DNA from: Lama guanicoe
Taxonomy: Eukaryota
DNA length: 64,000 bases
Direction of reading: 5' to 3'
Assembly (NCBI GenBank): GCA_013239625.1
Contig: MU053557.1
Location: 2,076,123-2,140,122, forward strand
Within the stretch, counting starts at the first letter, position 1. Each line of letters starts with the position of its first letter. The notes under the pieces are model-generated. The model was not told the origin of the DNA and ran no database searches. It worked only from the letters and a program-made list of their open reading frames with translations. Positions 1-13,900 of the stretch are shown here, piece after piece. The position numbers and the translations under genes were made by a program.

Positions 1-1986
1 AAACTCTGGGAAAACAAATAGTAAGTTTAAGGGTGTTCTGAGGATGGGCCAGAAATTGGGATCTCCTCCTGCTTAATGCAAGTCCATGGTTTTACTCCTT
101 CTGAGCACATTGAGATGAAAATATCCTGACACCTGGAAACAGAGATTCCCTGAAACGTACTCTCCCATTATTTCCTATCCAATGCAGCGCCCTGAAAGGT
201 GAGATGCAGCTGCGGTCCCAAGCTGGTGTGGTTCACTCAGTGTCAGGAGAAAACAGTAGAGTGCTTGCTCCAGGGGCAGTCTGGCCTTCAGGCACCACAG
301 ACTGAGCCCTCGGGGCGGGCATTCAAAACTGTTGAAGTCTAATTTGAGGCAGTAGTGGACACGCTTCTCCTGACTTCTGCACCACCTTGTAAAGCCAGCA
401 AGCACGCTATCCAGAAAGGGGCTGTGAGCCCTGGCTTTGGGCACGTCACTCTCCGTTCTTTTCACTCGCTTATATCCCTGAGGCTGTCCCTAGAAACGAC
501 CCCTGGATCTCAGTGGACTTGACAGCCACGTCCTGTCAACCCCAGGAAAAGGAAGAATTATTAGGTGACCAGCCACATCAGAGATCTCTGCCTCTGGGTG
601 GGGTGTTTCCCAAGGGTCTCCTGTAACAACAATCCAGAAGAGGGAGGCAGACTTGTCAAGAAAAAAGATACCAGGCGGTGATCTGGGGGATCCTGAGGCC
701 TCCAGATGCTACAGTTTCTAAGATTGTAAATCCTTCATTTATTAAGAGGACTTAATAACTCAAAAGGAGCAAAGACAACCGTTTTGATAACGTGGAGGGG
801 CAGTGAGTGATTATCTTGTTTCTCTTTTTAAAAACGTCCATTGTAGTTGCTATGATATCCTTCAAGAAATTTTAAAAATAATGAGACAACAGATACATGG
901 CAAGAAATTAGCTTTCTGAAGATGCCACGTGAACTTGACGTTGTCAAATGATTTCTGGGCTCATGACCTTCTTTAGAAGGTCATGCTTCAAGTCCTGCTT
1001 GCATTATGTCCTCCAGCTATATCCCCAAAGTGAAACCCACAGACCTATAAAAATTGACTGTCCTTAGAGAAAAACTTATCAAACCTCACCTAAAACAGAT
1101 GAAGGAATTTAGGACCAGGCACGTGAAACAGCTTCCCTGGGGTCACATGGTGAAAGAATAATAAAGTGGGGAGACATACCTAGGAAATCTGAATCCAGAA
1201 CCCAGGTTTTTAACGATTATGCCATTGTGTGTCTTGACTGGTTCTGGTCTGCTACTTTTCCATCCCACTCTCCCTGTGGGGCCCTTTTCCAAGTCTCAGC
1301 CCTATTCCCTCCACCATAAACAACCACTTTCTAAGACGAGGAGTCTGTTTCAGAGGCCAGCAGAGCACTTAACTTGTAGATGTTCAGAAACAGCTTTTCT
1401 CTGGGATGCTCTTATCCAGAAGATGTGAGGGCAGGACCCTGGCGTAGGGTGGACAGAAGATTTCTTGCAGTCTGTGCTATCCTGGTGAGCAGTGGCCTTT
1501 GGCATCAGTCCCCAGGACCTAGCACAGTGCCTGGTACTCAGGAGATGCGCGACAAGCATCTTCTGTGAATAAATGCCATGAGAAGACCCACAGCAGACTT
1601 AAGAGAACTTTACTTGTTCAGATTTTTATGGTCTCTCATGAAGTCCAGTGAGAGGATTTAATTATCATTATTGTCAAGCAGTTACTCCTTCAGATGGACT
1701 GTTATGACTAGGAGGGTAAGGGTTATAATTAAGGTTCTGGTATGCCCTGGCATTTCAAAAAGCACTAATAGCCCTCAGCCATCAGACTCTGCTTCGGGAC
1801 TAAAATCCTGCCCTGAAGCCAGCAGGCTGTTGGGCTCAGGAGAGCATGAGACTGAAAAGGGAAGAAGGAGGTGAGGGGCCAGGTGGGAACACTCTTTGCC
1901 CAATCAGAGGGCCCAGTTTTAAGAAAAGGATTTTGACTTTCTCTTTTGACGTGGGTTTTGGGTTTTTTTTTTTTTTTTTTCATTTT

Positions 1987-2257
1987 NNNNNNNNNNNNNN
2001 NNNNNNNNNNNNNNNNNNNNNNNNNNNNNNNNNNNNNNNNNNNNNNNNNNNNNNNNNNNNNNNNNNNNNNNNNNNNNNNNNNNNNNNNNNNNNNNNNNNN
2101 NNNNNNNNNNNNNNNNNNNNNNNNNNNNNNNNNNNNNNNNNNNNNNNNNNNNNNNNNNNNNNNNNNNNNNNNNNNNNNNNNNNNNNNNNNNNNNNNNNNN
2201 NNNNNNNNNNNNNNNNNNNNNNNNNNNNNNNNNNNNNNNNNNNNNNNNNNNNNNNNN
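1987..2257. other. Assembly gap (271 N)
   Basis: Run of N flanked by T-rich sequence. Confidence 0.99.
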
Positions 2258-2569
2258 TTTTTTCTACATTTTCCCAAGAAGCCAATGCAGAGCAGAGCTA
2301 GAGAGGTGTCAGACCTCACCCTCCGCTGGAAGCTCAGGGTGCATGAGAATAGCCCAGTCCGGAGTCAGGAAAGAGATTCCTGAATACATGTCCCCAACAC
2401 AGGGGTAGTCACCCCTCACTGGGTCTTTGTGAAAGGGCATCTGGACTCTTGAGGTTGGCCCTGGTGTTCCAGAGAATGAATATTTCCTTCTTAAGTCCAG
2501 TTTCATTAAGAAGGTCCTACCTTCTGCCTCTTCTACTCACACATCTGCTTTGTCCCCCATCTCAGTGTT

Positions 2570-2750
2570 ACAATTTATTGGGTATTTACATGAGCAAAGT
2601 ACTTTGCATGCAAGTTCTGATCAAATTTTCACAAGAACTCTATGAGGTAGCTACTATTATTGCTCCCTTTTATAGATGAAGAAACTAAGGCTCAGAGGAA
2701 TTAAGTCTGAGCCTCACAGAGTCGGTTACAGTGCCAAATTTCAAACTCAG
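2570..2750 (-). mobile_element. MIR SINE
   Basis: Core ttttatagatgaagaaactaaggctcagag. Confidence 0.7.
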
Positions 2751-2789
2751 TTCAGACATCCCCACCAGCTCATTTCATGAGACTCAGAT

Positions 2790-5150
2790 ATTCTTAATCA
2801 AAACCCAGAAAACAACAACATAAGAAAGGAAACTTTGAGTTCTACCTCACTTACAGGCATAGATGCAAAAGCCCTCCAGTACCTGTTAGCAAACCAAATC
2901 CAAAACTGTATGAAGATAGAATACATTGTGATTAAGTTGGGGTTTTCCTGAGATTGAAAGTTCAGCTGAACATTATGAAATTACCTGGCATAATCTATCA
3001 CATTAACAAATTAAGGGAAAAAAGCTATCTTTTCAATAGCTTTAGAAAAAAAGGTTGATAAAATCCTATGTTCATTCACTGCACATAGTGAATCTTATCA
3101 AACTAAGAGTAAAAGGGAACTTCCTTAACATGATAAATGGTATCTAAATCTAACAAAATCTACATAATCTAATAAAATCTAAATAAGTCTAATAAAATCT
3201 ACAGCAAACATCACACTTAATGGTAAAATGTTAAAGACATTCCCCTTAAGATTAGGAAAAAGAATAAAATGTTTGGTATGTTTCTGCTCAACTCTGTCCC
3301 TCCCAGAGCACCTTGCCAGTATGGAAAAATAGGAAAAAGAAGTAAAAGACTAAGTATTTGAAAGGAAGAAGCACAGTTGTTATTATTTGCAGATAATGTT
3401 GTCTGTTGGAGCACTCAAAAGAATCTAGGAAAATGTAATGTAGTAGGAATAAATAAGAATTTAGCCATGTTACTGCATACAATCAGTACAAGAAAGTTAA
3501 TTGCATTTCTGTATTCTAAAAAGAAAAACAAACAAAATAAATAAATAAATAAAAAGAAAACAAACAGAAAAATAATTTTTTAAAAAAGATAGCATTTACA
3601 ATAGCAACTCAATTTTTCAAAATCCAGCAAAAGACAGGCAAAGCCTTTTATGGAGAAAATGTATAAAACTTTATCAAAAGATGTTAAAGAAGACTTAAGA
3701 TAAATGAAGAATTATGTCACACTCTTGGGTTGGAAGACTCAACGTCTTAAAGATGTTGATTCTCCCTCCAATTTATTTATAAATTCAAATCCCAATGAGT
3801 TGTTTGTTTGGAATGCAAAAGATGATTCTAAAATTCTAAAATTCAAATAGAAGGACAAAAAGCCAATAGCAAAGGTACTTTGAAAAAAGAAGATGGAATT
3901 TCGTTGGGGTGAAGAGTTGGTCATACCCAATCAGATACCAAATTTTATTTTAAAGCGATAGCAATTAAGATGGCATGGATTTAGCATAGGGATTCTATTA
4001 AACCAATGGAACGTACTGGAGAACCTAGAGACAGACACAGCATGGAGACTTGATTTATGACAGAGCAGGTTTTGCAGATCAGAAGGGAAGGGTGAACTGT
4101 GGTGTTGGGTTAATTGAGTATCCATGTGGAAAAAGATGAAATTGGATTCCTCCCTTGTCAAAATCAGTTCCAGGTGGATTAAAGACTTAAATGTGAAAGG
4201 CAAAACTATAAAATTTTTAGAAGACAATATAGAAGTATATCTTTATGACCTTGGGATAAAAAAAATTGTATTCAAGATTTTTTGAAAGTATCAACCATCA
4301 GGGAATATATTGTAAACTTGACTGTATTAGAAATAAGAACTTCACTTTATCCAAAGACATCACAGAGTAAAAATACAAGCTACAAAACAATTCATATCCA
4401 AAATATTAGAACTCAAAAGTTAATAAGAAAATAACCCAAAAAAGGGCAAAGAAAGAGACAAAGGAAATGAAGAAGCATTTCATATAACAAGAATGGCCCA
4501 TAAACATTTGAAAAGAAACCCAATCTCATTAGTACTCAGAGAAATCAATTTGAAACCACAATGAGGTATCATTTCACACCCACCACAGACAGTTACCCAC
4601 AAGCTCGGCATTACCACAAACTTTCGAGATGGTGGCATAACAGGAATTGTCATTGGCTGCTGGCAGAAGTATAAATTGTTACAGCCACACTGGGAACCAG
4701 TTTGTTATTGCCTAATAAAACTGAGCAGGCTCATGCCCCATCAATTCTACTCGTAGATGTATATCCTGGTGGAACTCCTGTACATGTGCACAGGGGATAC
4801 ACCCACGAATGTTCATAGAAACATCATTCAGGACTGCCCAAACTGAAAATCACCCAAACAATGCATATAGGATAAAATGGTCAGATGGTGGTAGATGCAT
4901 ACAATGAAATACGGGATGGCAGGGAAAACCCACCACAAAAACTGAGTACTGAGTGCAAGAGGCAAGTAACGGGAGAATCCACGCAGTGTGAATCCCTTCT
5001 CACTGTGTTCAGAAACAGGCAGACCTCAACACCGTATCATTTATGGGTGTGTACCAACAAGGTAAGAATTACACAGAAAAGCGTCGGAACAATTAAGTAC
5101 CTTTCAGCATTGTAGCTCCCTCTGGGAGGAGGGAAGAGATCAGTTTATAG
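2790..5150 (+). mobile_element. Old LINE-1 (L1M-type) fragment: degenerate ORF2 RT/C-terminal region plus 3' end
   Basis: L1 ORF2-like motifs (catagatgcaaaa, aaccaaatccaa, ttatttgcagataat, ggttggaagactcaac, aaaccacaatgaggtatcatttcacaccc) with many stops and indels. Confidence 0.85.
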
Positions 5151-5966
5151 AGGAATATGCTCCCCCCTCCACCCTACTCCTGCCCAGCACTGCAGCTAAT
5201 CTCTTGGCAGATCAAAATAAGTAATACTTCCTGAATACTTACAACGTGCTGAATAATTTACATAGATTATTTTATGAAATCCTCATAAAAACTCAATGAG
5301 AAAAATACCGTTATTGTCTCATTTTACGGATGAGGAAATGGAGGAACCACAGAATTCAATATTTGCTCAAGATCACATAGCCTGGTAAAATGCTAGAGCC
5401 ACTCGCCTGAGCACTAAGCGAGACCTGTTCCCCGACTCCTGGGCGGGAGCTGCATTTTCTCCACCTACATGACTGATGAGGGGGCCTCGTGGCCAGTAGA
5501 ATGTCGCGGCAAGTCTGTGCCAGGCCCTGCCCCGGTCCCCTTCCTCCCCCATCAACACCTCAAGACCTGAAAATGCCCAGAGGCCACATAGCTGTAGATT
5601 CTTCTGTCCCTGATAAAGACTTCTTTTCAATGAGTCATTTCCTTCCAAAAGGAGGAAAAAAATGTTTCTAGATCGTAGGAGAAAGACCCACCCGCACCCT
5701 CACACACATACCCTTTCTCTGATCCTGCTCAGATCCCCAGATTCTATGCCAGGAAGCACCAGTTGCTAGAAGACCTCACATCCAGCCTCACAAACCCTTT
5801 GTGGCACAACTGACCCCAGGAAACCACCCACCACAGCCCATTCACTCAGACAGGTTGGGCCTCAGTCTTCAATCCTAGTAACAGGAAGAGACTTGCCTCC
5901 TCAGAAGGTGGCCATCTCCTTAGTTGTCTGCATTGACCGGGTGGGGCCTTCGTTTCTGTCTTGTTC

Positions 5967-6006
5967 TGTGTGTGTTTGTGTGTGCGTGTGTGCGTGTGTG
6001 CATGTG
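5967..6006. repeat. Imperfect (TG)n microsatellite
   Basis: tgtgtgtgtttgtgtgtgcgtgtgtgcgtgtgtg. Confidence 0.9.
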
Positions 6007-6574
6007 TTAATACTAGCATTGGTAAGAGTGTGGGCTCAGGACCTAGACTACCTGGTTTTAAATTTTGTTTCATTCTAGTTGAGTGGCTTTTCTTTCCCTC
6101 AGTTTCTCACCCAAAAATAGGGGTGATAAGAGGACCTTTAATAAAGATTGAATTACCTGTAAAGCACTTAAAACTGCCTGGCAAGCTTTACATTCTCAAT
6201 ATTAGCCATTGCATTATGTTTGGAGAATAGGTTTTCATAGAAGGAGGTGACTGCACTGGGAGATGAGTGGGGAGGGGCTGGGGGAACAGATCGAGGCGCC
6301 GGCAGTGCCCTGTTGACTGTACGCTGGAGAGGTCTTCATGCTCTGCCCTGTCTGAGCAACTTTTTGGAATGCGACCTTGGCCTGCCACCCCAGCAGACTA
6401 TAAACCAATCCACCCCCACCCTGCTCTGCCCACAGCCACAAACCACAGAGAAGACACACCATGGGTGGTGCAGGGTGTGGCTCCTGGTTTTCCGCTGTGT
6501 CAGGCCGCAGCGGCTCTGCTGTGGGCCTGGCTTGGGGCATTCACTGGTTCTGCTTGGCTTTTCTATCTGTGCAG

Positions 6575-6666
6575 GTCAGCACTTACCACCCTGCACCTGC
6601 CTCCCCGGGACACTCCACGGCCATCGTCCATCTGCCTGGCTCCCAGCAACACCTCTCAGCTAACAT
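6575..6666 (+). CDS. SH3RF2: SH3RF2 internal coding exon ([31 protein letters not shown]), linker before the third SH3 domain
   Basis: Pyrimidine-rich acceptor ...ctgtgcag| and donor AT|gtgagt; 92 nt; the split codon AT+G joins the next exon in frame; peptide closely resembles human SH3RF2 as I recall it. Confidence 0.93.
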
Positions 6667-7990
6667 GTGAGTAACACCCTCAGCCCTCCACTCACAGGGT
6701 CCTGGAACAGACAGGTCATCTTTGCCATCCCTCTGCCATCAAGCATCCCCCGGCCCCAAACATCCCATCCAGAGAGACCGCACCTCCCCTTCCTTTACAA
6801 TCACCAAAGGAAATAATGGTGAACAACGTGATTAGCAAACCACATCATCCTGGCTCATTATTTTACAAAAGTAGAAAGAGACTAGAAGATAATATACCAA
6901 AATATTGCAGGGAGATTGAGTCCTGAGCAATATCTATGGTCTTCCTTTAGATTCACAATGCTAGGTCATAAATAGATGTTGCTTGCTCAAGTCATCAGGG
7001 AAAAAAGAAATACAGCAATTTAGACAGAAAAAAACCTTGCAGATGAGAACACTCTCCTAGCCCCTTTGATAAAATCAGTGTCTCGAAGTCCTTAAGGTCT
7101 AGAACTACTTCCCAATATCTAGCCTGAGTCCATACCCTGGTAACCCTGAACCTGGCAAGCCAAAGTGGGTTGTTTTTAATGCCTTTAGTCAGGCAGTTAT
7201 TCTCTTTCGCCAGTATCACTATTCCCAAGGTCTTCCCCCTCCAGCTCATACCTGGATGTTACCTGCCCAACTCCTCTGGGGACTTCAGAGTGGAAAGTTA
7301 ATGCTCCAATCTGAGAACATTTCTAGCACATTTCAAGCCTGCTCTCCTCCATCCCACCATGCAGCCAGCACTCCGACTATGCACCATTAAACTGAAATTA
7401 GCCTCTGCCTCCCACTTCCCAGGGTCCACCTCCTGCCTACGTTAGGCAAGCTCCTCCCCGTTCCTGGGGTCAGACATGTCCGTACCCTTAGGAGAGGCAG
7501 TGGATCAGACAGGCTTCTGTACTGACCCCTCATTTCCCTGAACCTTGATGGCTGTGACCGTTTCCTTGAGTGACACTCTAAGCAGTGTGAAAAAGCATCC
7601 TGGCAGGGGGGCAGAACCATCACTTCTGGGTTTGAGGCCCAGCTCTGCCACTATTTCCTGGTCACCAACTCCTCTCTCTGTTCTAAGTCAGTTTCGCCAT
7701 TGTCAAAATGCTGATGTGACCTAAATAGTGATTTGCAGCTGTGGGGCACTCTAAGAAGGAGTGGGAAGATGGTGGGGCCAGGGATCTGGGCCCTTCCATT
7801 GCTGTTTCAGCCAGGTTCTACCACTTTTATCTGCCTGACATGTTAAGATTTCAATTCTTAAAAAGTTGTTATTGCTAACCACTGAGCCAATGGGCTCTGA
7901 GTTTCTGTCTCCCTTTACCTTTTGCTGGTTCCATGCCCTCCACTAGGCATGTTCACCTTCTTCTCTCACCAACTGCCTGTGTCTCCCCAG

Positions 7991-8161
7991 GTTTGTAGCC
8001 CTGCACTCCTATTCAGCCCATGGACCCAATGAGCTGGACCTACAGAAGGGAGAGGGCATCAGGGTCCTGGGGAGGTACCAGGACGGCTGGCTCAGGGGCG
8101 TCTCCTTGGTGACCGGGCGAGTCGGCATCTTCCCCAGCAACCATGTCATCCCCATTTTCAG
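7991..8161 (+). CDS. SH3RF2: SH3RF2 exon encoding the third SH3 domain ([57 protein letters not shown])
   Basis: Acceptor gtctccccag|, donor AG|gtgcgc; 171 nt; SH3 hallmarks ALHSY, EL, GW and GIFP; phases fit both neighbouring exons. Confidence 0.96.
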
Positions 8162-8344
8162 GTGCGCCCTCTCCAGTCTCAGGCATCAGAGGTTGGTGTA
8201 TCTAGACCAGGGGCCAGCTGTGGCTTGAATTGCTGAAGGACCCAATACCCTTTCAGAGTGTAGATCAAGAAAAAGCTTTTGCTCTAGTACTCTCCAAACA
8301 CTTAATTTAAAAAAAAAATAGCAAAAATAGTTATCTCTTAAGTA

Positions 8345-8490
8345 GTTCACAGTTTACAAACACTTTTGCATCTTTTAACTCACTGTCTATACCTAAGGAT
8401 CCTGTAAGGTGGGTGTCATTTTACAGATGAGGAAACTGATATGCAGAGTTAAGCAACCTACTCGAGGACTAGATTTCAGGTTTTCTACTG
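8345..8490 (-). mobile_element. MIR SINE
   Basis: Core cattttacagatgaggaaactga. Confidence 0.7.
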
Positions 8491-9474
8491 TGCAACCCAC
8501 CTGCAAATTTAACTTCACACTGGCACCCCAACACTCCATAATCGTGGCACAATGGGAAAATGCAATGATTAGAAGACCTCTTGGAGCACTTTGGGAGACT
8601 TCCCAGGATGCTGGGCCATTAAGCAGGGTTTTCATGACTCATCCGACCACACCCCAGGTCACATGCTAGTTACCCTGCAGGTCTTCTTCCCAAACAGCCT
8701 TTCCCAGCCTTTTTCATTCTGGCACACATATCAATTCCACTGGTCTACACTTTGTCCAGCCGCCTCACATGACCACCAATGCACACAGACCCCCAGCTTA
8801 TCCAGTCCTCCTCCAACCTCCACCCCCTCGAAGCCCAGGCAAAGCCTGTCACAAACCAGTGAGGCCATCAGCACCCATAAACCCTGCCTTTATGATACAC
8901 CAGAGAGTCATAACTCCAAGGAAAGTGATAATCCCATTGTTCTCTACGGCAGTCAGACCTGAAGTCATATACGGCCAGCTTGGGGGAACTTCATGTAGGC
9001 GGGGGCACTGTGTCCGGAGGAGGGCAGCGATGGTGAGGAGGTAGAAACTACATCATCAGAGAAACCCATAAAGAAAGTAGGATTGCTTGAGCTGCAGAAG
9101 ACAAGGGTCAGAGGCACCATGATAGACTGTGCAGACCAGGAAGTAGACTTATTCTGGCAGGGGGGCAGTGAACCAGTGGATACAACTTGGAAGGTTTCAG
9201 TTTAATAAAAGACTGCACTTTCTAACCCATAGATTTTCCCCATCAGACTGGCTGGTGAGGTGGTGGGTCCCCTTTCTCAAAAGAGTACGTGCAAAGTGTG
9301 GGTTCCAATAGATCAGATCCAGGCAAAAAGATTTCTTCCCATGACAGAAGGTTCGAGTAGAAGATTCTAGTTATTCCCTTCAGTGAAAGGTTCTTGGAAT
9401 TTGTTAGAAGGTTGCAAAATCTCCAGAGGCAAACTAAGGGTGTCTGTAACTGATGCTTTAATTCAATTAGTTCA

Positions 9475-10560
9475 GTAAACATTCATTCAGCACTTAAGCT
9501 CAGGCACCTTTCTAGACACTGGAGAAACACCAGTGAACAAAATACACATGTGCCTGCCCCCTGGAGCTTACATTCTAGTGGGACAGACAGACAGCAAGCA
9601 AGGCTTGGAAGTAATATATGTAGTAGGCTAATCATAAGGTCTAAGAAGAAAGATAAATCAGGAATGGGGGACAGAATTTGTGTGGGGGTGATTACAGTTT
9701 TAGTAGGTTGGTCAGGGATGGCCTTACCGAGCAGTCAGAAGGAAGAATGAAGGAAATGAAGGAACTGTGTTCCAGGCACAAGGAACAGCAAGTACGATAC
9801 AAAGGCCCTGAGGAAGGAGTAAGCCTGACGTGAAAGGCCAACAGGACTGGATCAGAGAAGTGAGAGGGAGGGTAGTAGGAGATGAGGTCAGAAGGGTAAC
9901 GGGGATTCAGATCATACAGAATTGCCCCAGTTGTGACGAAGAATTTGGCTTTAACCATAATATAGGGCTTTGAGCAGAAAAGTGACATGATCTACCTTAC
10001 GTGTTAATGAGGAGCCCTCTAGTTGCTGGGTGGAGAGTAAGAGTAAAGGGTGGAAGCAGAGAGACTAGTTAATCGGACACTGTAGTAACCTGGGGTCGGG
10101 AGGTGATGGTGAAATGAACCAAGACGTTGGCCATGGAGGTAGGGAGCAGCGGTCAGATGCTGGGTGTGCCCAGAGGAGAGACCACAGGATTTTCTGACAA
10201 GTCAGATACTGAGTATAATAGAAGAGAGGCTTCAAGGTGAATCCAAGTTTTCGTTTGTTTCTTTGTTTGCCCTGAGTAACTGGAAGACAGTTGCCTTTCA
10301 CTGAGATGAAGTTAAAAACTCTAAGAGGAACAAACAGGTTTTGAGGTGTCAGAGGGAAGCAAAAGCTTGGTTTCCAGGAGATTAAGCCCCAGATGCCAGT
10401 TAGTAATCCTAGTAAATGGTAAACGGTTGCGTCTGTAAGTCTAGCATTTAAGAAAGACGTCCAGGCTTGAGGTGGTACTTAGAGCCCTAAGACTGGATGA
10501 GGTCATCAAGGCAGGATCCCTGGTGTTGGAGAGAATGACAGGTAGCCAGGGGCTGAATTC
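9475..10560 (-). mobile_element. LINE-2 fragment
   Basis: attcattca end, ggagcttacattctagtgg, gggctttgagcagaaaagtgacatgatct and ttcactgagatg are typical of reverse-oriented L2. Confidence 0.8.
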
Positions 10561-10859
10561 TCCAAGGAACGAGGGGAGAGGCCTGCGGGGGGAGTGACAT
10601 ATGCCACAAGGCAGGGTGGAGAGTGGAGGGTGGAGGAGTCAGATAATGCGAGTCAAAGCCGGGAAGTGCTGAGGAGGGTGGGAGGATGGCCCAGAGTGAC
10701 AGTGAAGAGCAGGGAGGACGCCTGCCCTAACTCCTGAGCAGCTTCTTCCAAGGAGCCTACCATGAACGCTCTAGGCCCATCTCTACCACTGGGGCATTTG
10801 CTTCTGCATCCGGCTTAGCCCTAAGTCCTGGTTCTTGCATGAAAAAAAAAATTAAAATA

Positions 10860-10984
10860 AGAATGACTGTACAATTTATCATCTAAACTAGGATGCTTTT
10901 GAGATAAAAGAGGGACTCTTAATACACCAGGAGAGCAGGCGTCAACAGACTCTCCTGGGAAAATCTGGACACGTGGTCACCCTA
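10860..10984. mobile_element. MER94-like hAT-Blackjack MITE
   Basis: About 125 nt, aatttatcatctaaactaggatgcttttgag...gtggtcaccct, resembling MER94. Confidence 0.65.
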
Positions 10985-13900
10985 TGCATGTAGGACTCTG
11001 TTCCAGTGTATTTCAAGGCTCCAGCTTTCCATTCTATCCTTCTTGGCTTTTCTCCAGGGTAGATCTATTGAGTTCTTTAGCATGTAATGAGCACCTAGGC
11101 TCACCCACTCCCAGACGGCCACGTGTCAGACAGCGGACAGAGTTTCAGCATCACAGGTTGCCACTGAGTCCACCCCCCACCCTCAGCTCATAGGGGCCTC
11201 AATATATGGCTGTACTGAGGCACGGCTTATGCTGATGGGTGTTTCTGCCTCTAAAAAGGAAAGACCCTATCAGAGCATAATCCCCTGAGGGCTATTAGGG
11301 GACAGCAGATCAATGCTTTGTGGGGGGGGGGGTTCCTTGGCAGCCTCCCAGATGCAAAGAAAGTTCCCATCCCCACGAATCTTGGACACGGATGACATGC
11401 TCAGTGTGTCTATCTAGGGGCAGGTCCTTGTTCTTAACAACGCTTCCCACTGTGAGAGGTTTAGTTCCTCCCACTTCTCATCTGAATGACGCCGTCTTTT
11501 GTCAGCTGAGTTTCTACTACTGAGTGGGTTGAACTACATCGTGAGGCCCCTTTCCACTCTTTGGTTTGGTGTGTGGGAGAGGTTTTCCTTCACTTCTGTT
11601 GTCTGTTGGCAGTGATGGCTCTGCACTGCCACCAGCCTCCGTGGTGGACAGGACTGCCTATATAACACAGGCAGACCTCAAAGGGCAAGGTGCCCCCTGA
11701 GTGTCTGAACATTTGCTCTTATTAGCATCATCCCCTAATGAACTGAGCCAGCCAGAGTTTGGGGATCATTTATCCACCAGTGTTGAGTGAAATGCCAGGG
11801 CTTTGATTTATGACTCAGCAAGTGAGCCCTTTAATCACTGAGAGAGGAAAGTCGACTGCTCTGTACAGAGCTCCAGCCCTCTGTGCTCAGTGGTGATGCC
11901 AACCTGCCCAGCTGTGACCACAGCCAAGTCTCTGCCACCACCACCTAGCTCCGGATCCCGGAGGGGTCCCCTGGCTCAGGTGGTACTGAGCACCTGTCAC
12001 ATGTCATCCCAGCCCTTCGTGACAGCACCTGCATCCCTTTGGGTCTCCTCCTGCACACATGGTCTCGGCGGAGGCAGAGTTTCCTCCCTTTTCAGAGGTT
12101 GAAGAAACCAGCTCCTCCTCTCCATCCTCCTTCTCAGCCCATCACCACAGCTGAGGGACAGGCTCAGCCTCCTGGGACTTGGGAGTGTGAACAGGGAGCG
12201 AACAGGGTGCGGAAAGGATGGGGGCAAAGTGGAAGACGATTCACACCGAGAACTCAGCAGCCCCTGATCAGACTCCTCCTGCCTCAGATCCCTGCTGCTC
12301 AGCTCTCTGCAGCCTCCCTTGGATCCTTTCCAAGCCCTTTCCTCTCCCTCCCATCCTCTCAGTAAATGCCCTTCTGCCCAACTAGCCACGAAACTTCTCT
12401 TTCTTGCAACCTCCACCGGACACATATGCCACCCCAGTGCCCAAGGGGTGGAGAAAAGCAACACGTGGATCAGCACTCACTTTCCTTTAGCTTTCTACAC
12501 ACAACTAGATAAAGATTGTCACAGTCCAGGCTTTTCCTTATCAGGAGGCTACTGCCAGCGCTGAGCACGGTATTGCTGCTGTGTGGAATGCCTCTTTCAA
12601 ATACTGGGCAAGTTCTTAGGGGCTCGTATCACAGGTGAAAAAGGGGACACAGATACCTGCGCACTCAAAGCAGCAATGGAGCAAATCAGAGGCAACGAGC
12701 ACACCTCTCTCTTAAACCCGGCATGTCTTTCCAGGCTCTCCATCTAGAAAACATGGATCATAATGCATGCAGGTCTAGGGTGTCGTGGGGATTAATTAAT
12801 CTATGTTAGCAAAGTGCTGTGAAAGTGTTAGGTAAGTGCTAAGCCCCAAAACACAGAGCGACTCGGTGTTGGGTGGGGGACTTGAGATTTAGGAGTTTTT
12901 GGAATCTGGCCTAGTGCTGGGCTCAGAAAAATGAGGTTGTACCTTGTCTGTAAACAGCTGTCCAAGGAAGGGACTGTGGAATAGGCTGACCTGGGCCTAG
13001 CTAACTGTATTCTGTCCTTGCTGCTGCTGCTGGCAACAGTTTTGGTGCTTGTCTCTTCTGTTGCCAGTCCATTTTGCAGCCTCCAACACTTTGATGCCTT
13101 TGTTCAAAAGACGGGCAGGTGCAGGCTCTGCCAAGGAAGCCAGTGCTGGGGAGTTCTTTCCAGCCCAGCCCTCATCTTCAGATTGTAGCCTGAGCTCTTA
13201 CTGGTGGACCGCCCAATCCACTTCACTGACCCAGTCACTAGGGACCAGAGGCAGGTTGAAGGCTGTGGACAGAAGCCCCCTGGCTGCAAGCATCAGGTCC
13301 TGGTGCATTTGGCTGTGTGCGCTTCCTGGGCAGAGTTAGCCGTGTTAAATGATGTCTGACCCATCTTGTACAACACTGGTGGCTTGTTATTAAACTCCAC
13401 ACCGTTTTTTAAGCAAAAGGAGGGAAAGGAGAAATAAGGGGGAGATTACCTAGAGAGAAACCTGGAGGCAATGATGGAAAGGAAACCAGAGGGAAGGCAT
13501 CTCTGTGCTGGGGACTTGATTGAGCTGGTTATTCCCAGGGAATCAGCAGAGGCTATTCAATCAACAGAGTGACAAGGTGACTGATGGACTGCTCAGCAGG
13601 CATTGTGATGTTGGGGTAGGATTGGTAGAAAGCCAGGAAGGGGTTCAGGGAGTTTCAGACTGGAAGCAATGGACAAGAGATTGCTGTTTTACAAAATTTT
13701 GATACTATTCCTAAAAATCAGAGCTTAAGGCTGAAGAATTAGGTCTTAAGGAAGCCTACCAGCTCCTTTGGTTTGTTTATTTCAAGTAGGATGCAGGGTT
13801 TTCCCTGCTACCAAGTGATGGATGCTGTAACTAGCCAGGAGATAGTGTAGCTCAGCAGTAAGACCACGGGTGATATAGCTCAGGGGTAGAGCCGAGGGCC

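Noticed and set aside
1765..2383. Long ORFs spanning 1.8-2.4 kb
   Set aside because: Artefacts of the N gap.
3147..3203. Short AT-rich tandem repeat of about 20 nt (also a 27-nt duplication at about 63428-63482)
   Set aside because: Slippage duplications inside decayed L1; no spacer structure, so not CRISPR-like.
6235..6674. Several overlapping 100-138 aa ORFs
   Set aside because: Only 6575-6666 has splice sites and fits SH3RF2; the rest are incidental frames.
11997..12476. 159-aa minus-strand ORF and overlapping + ORFs
   Set aside because: No recognisable domain or exon structure; low-complexity GC-rich intron sequence.
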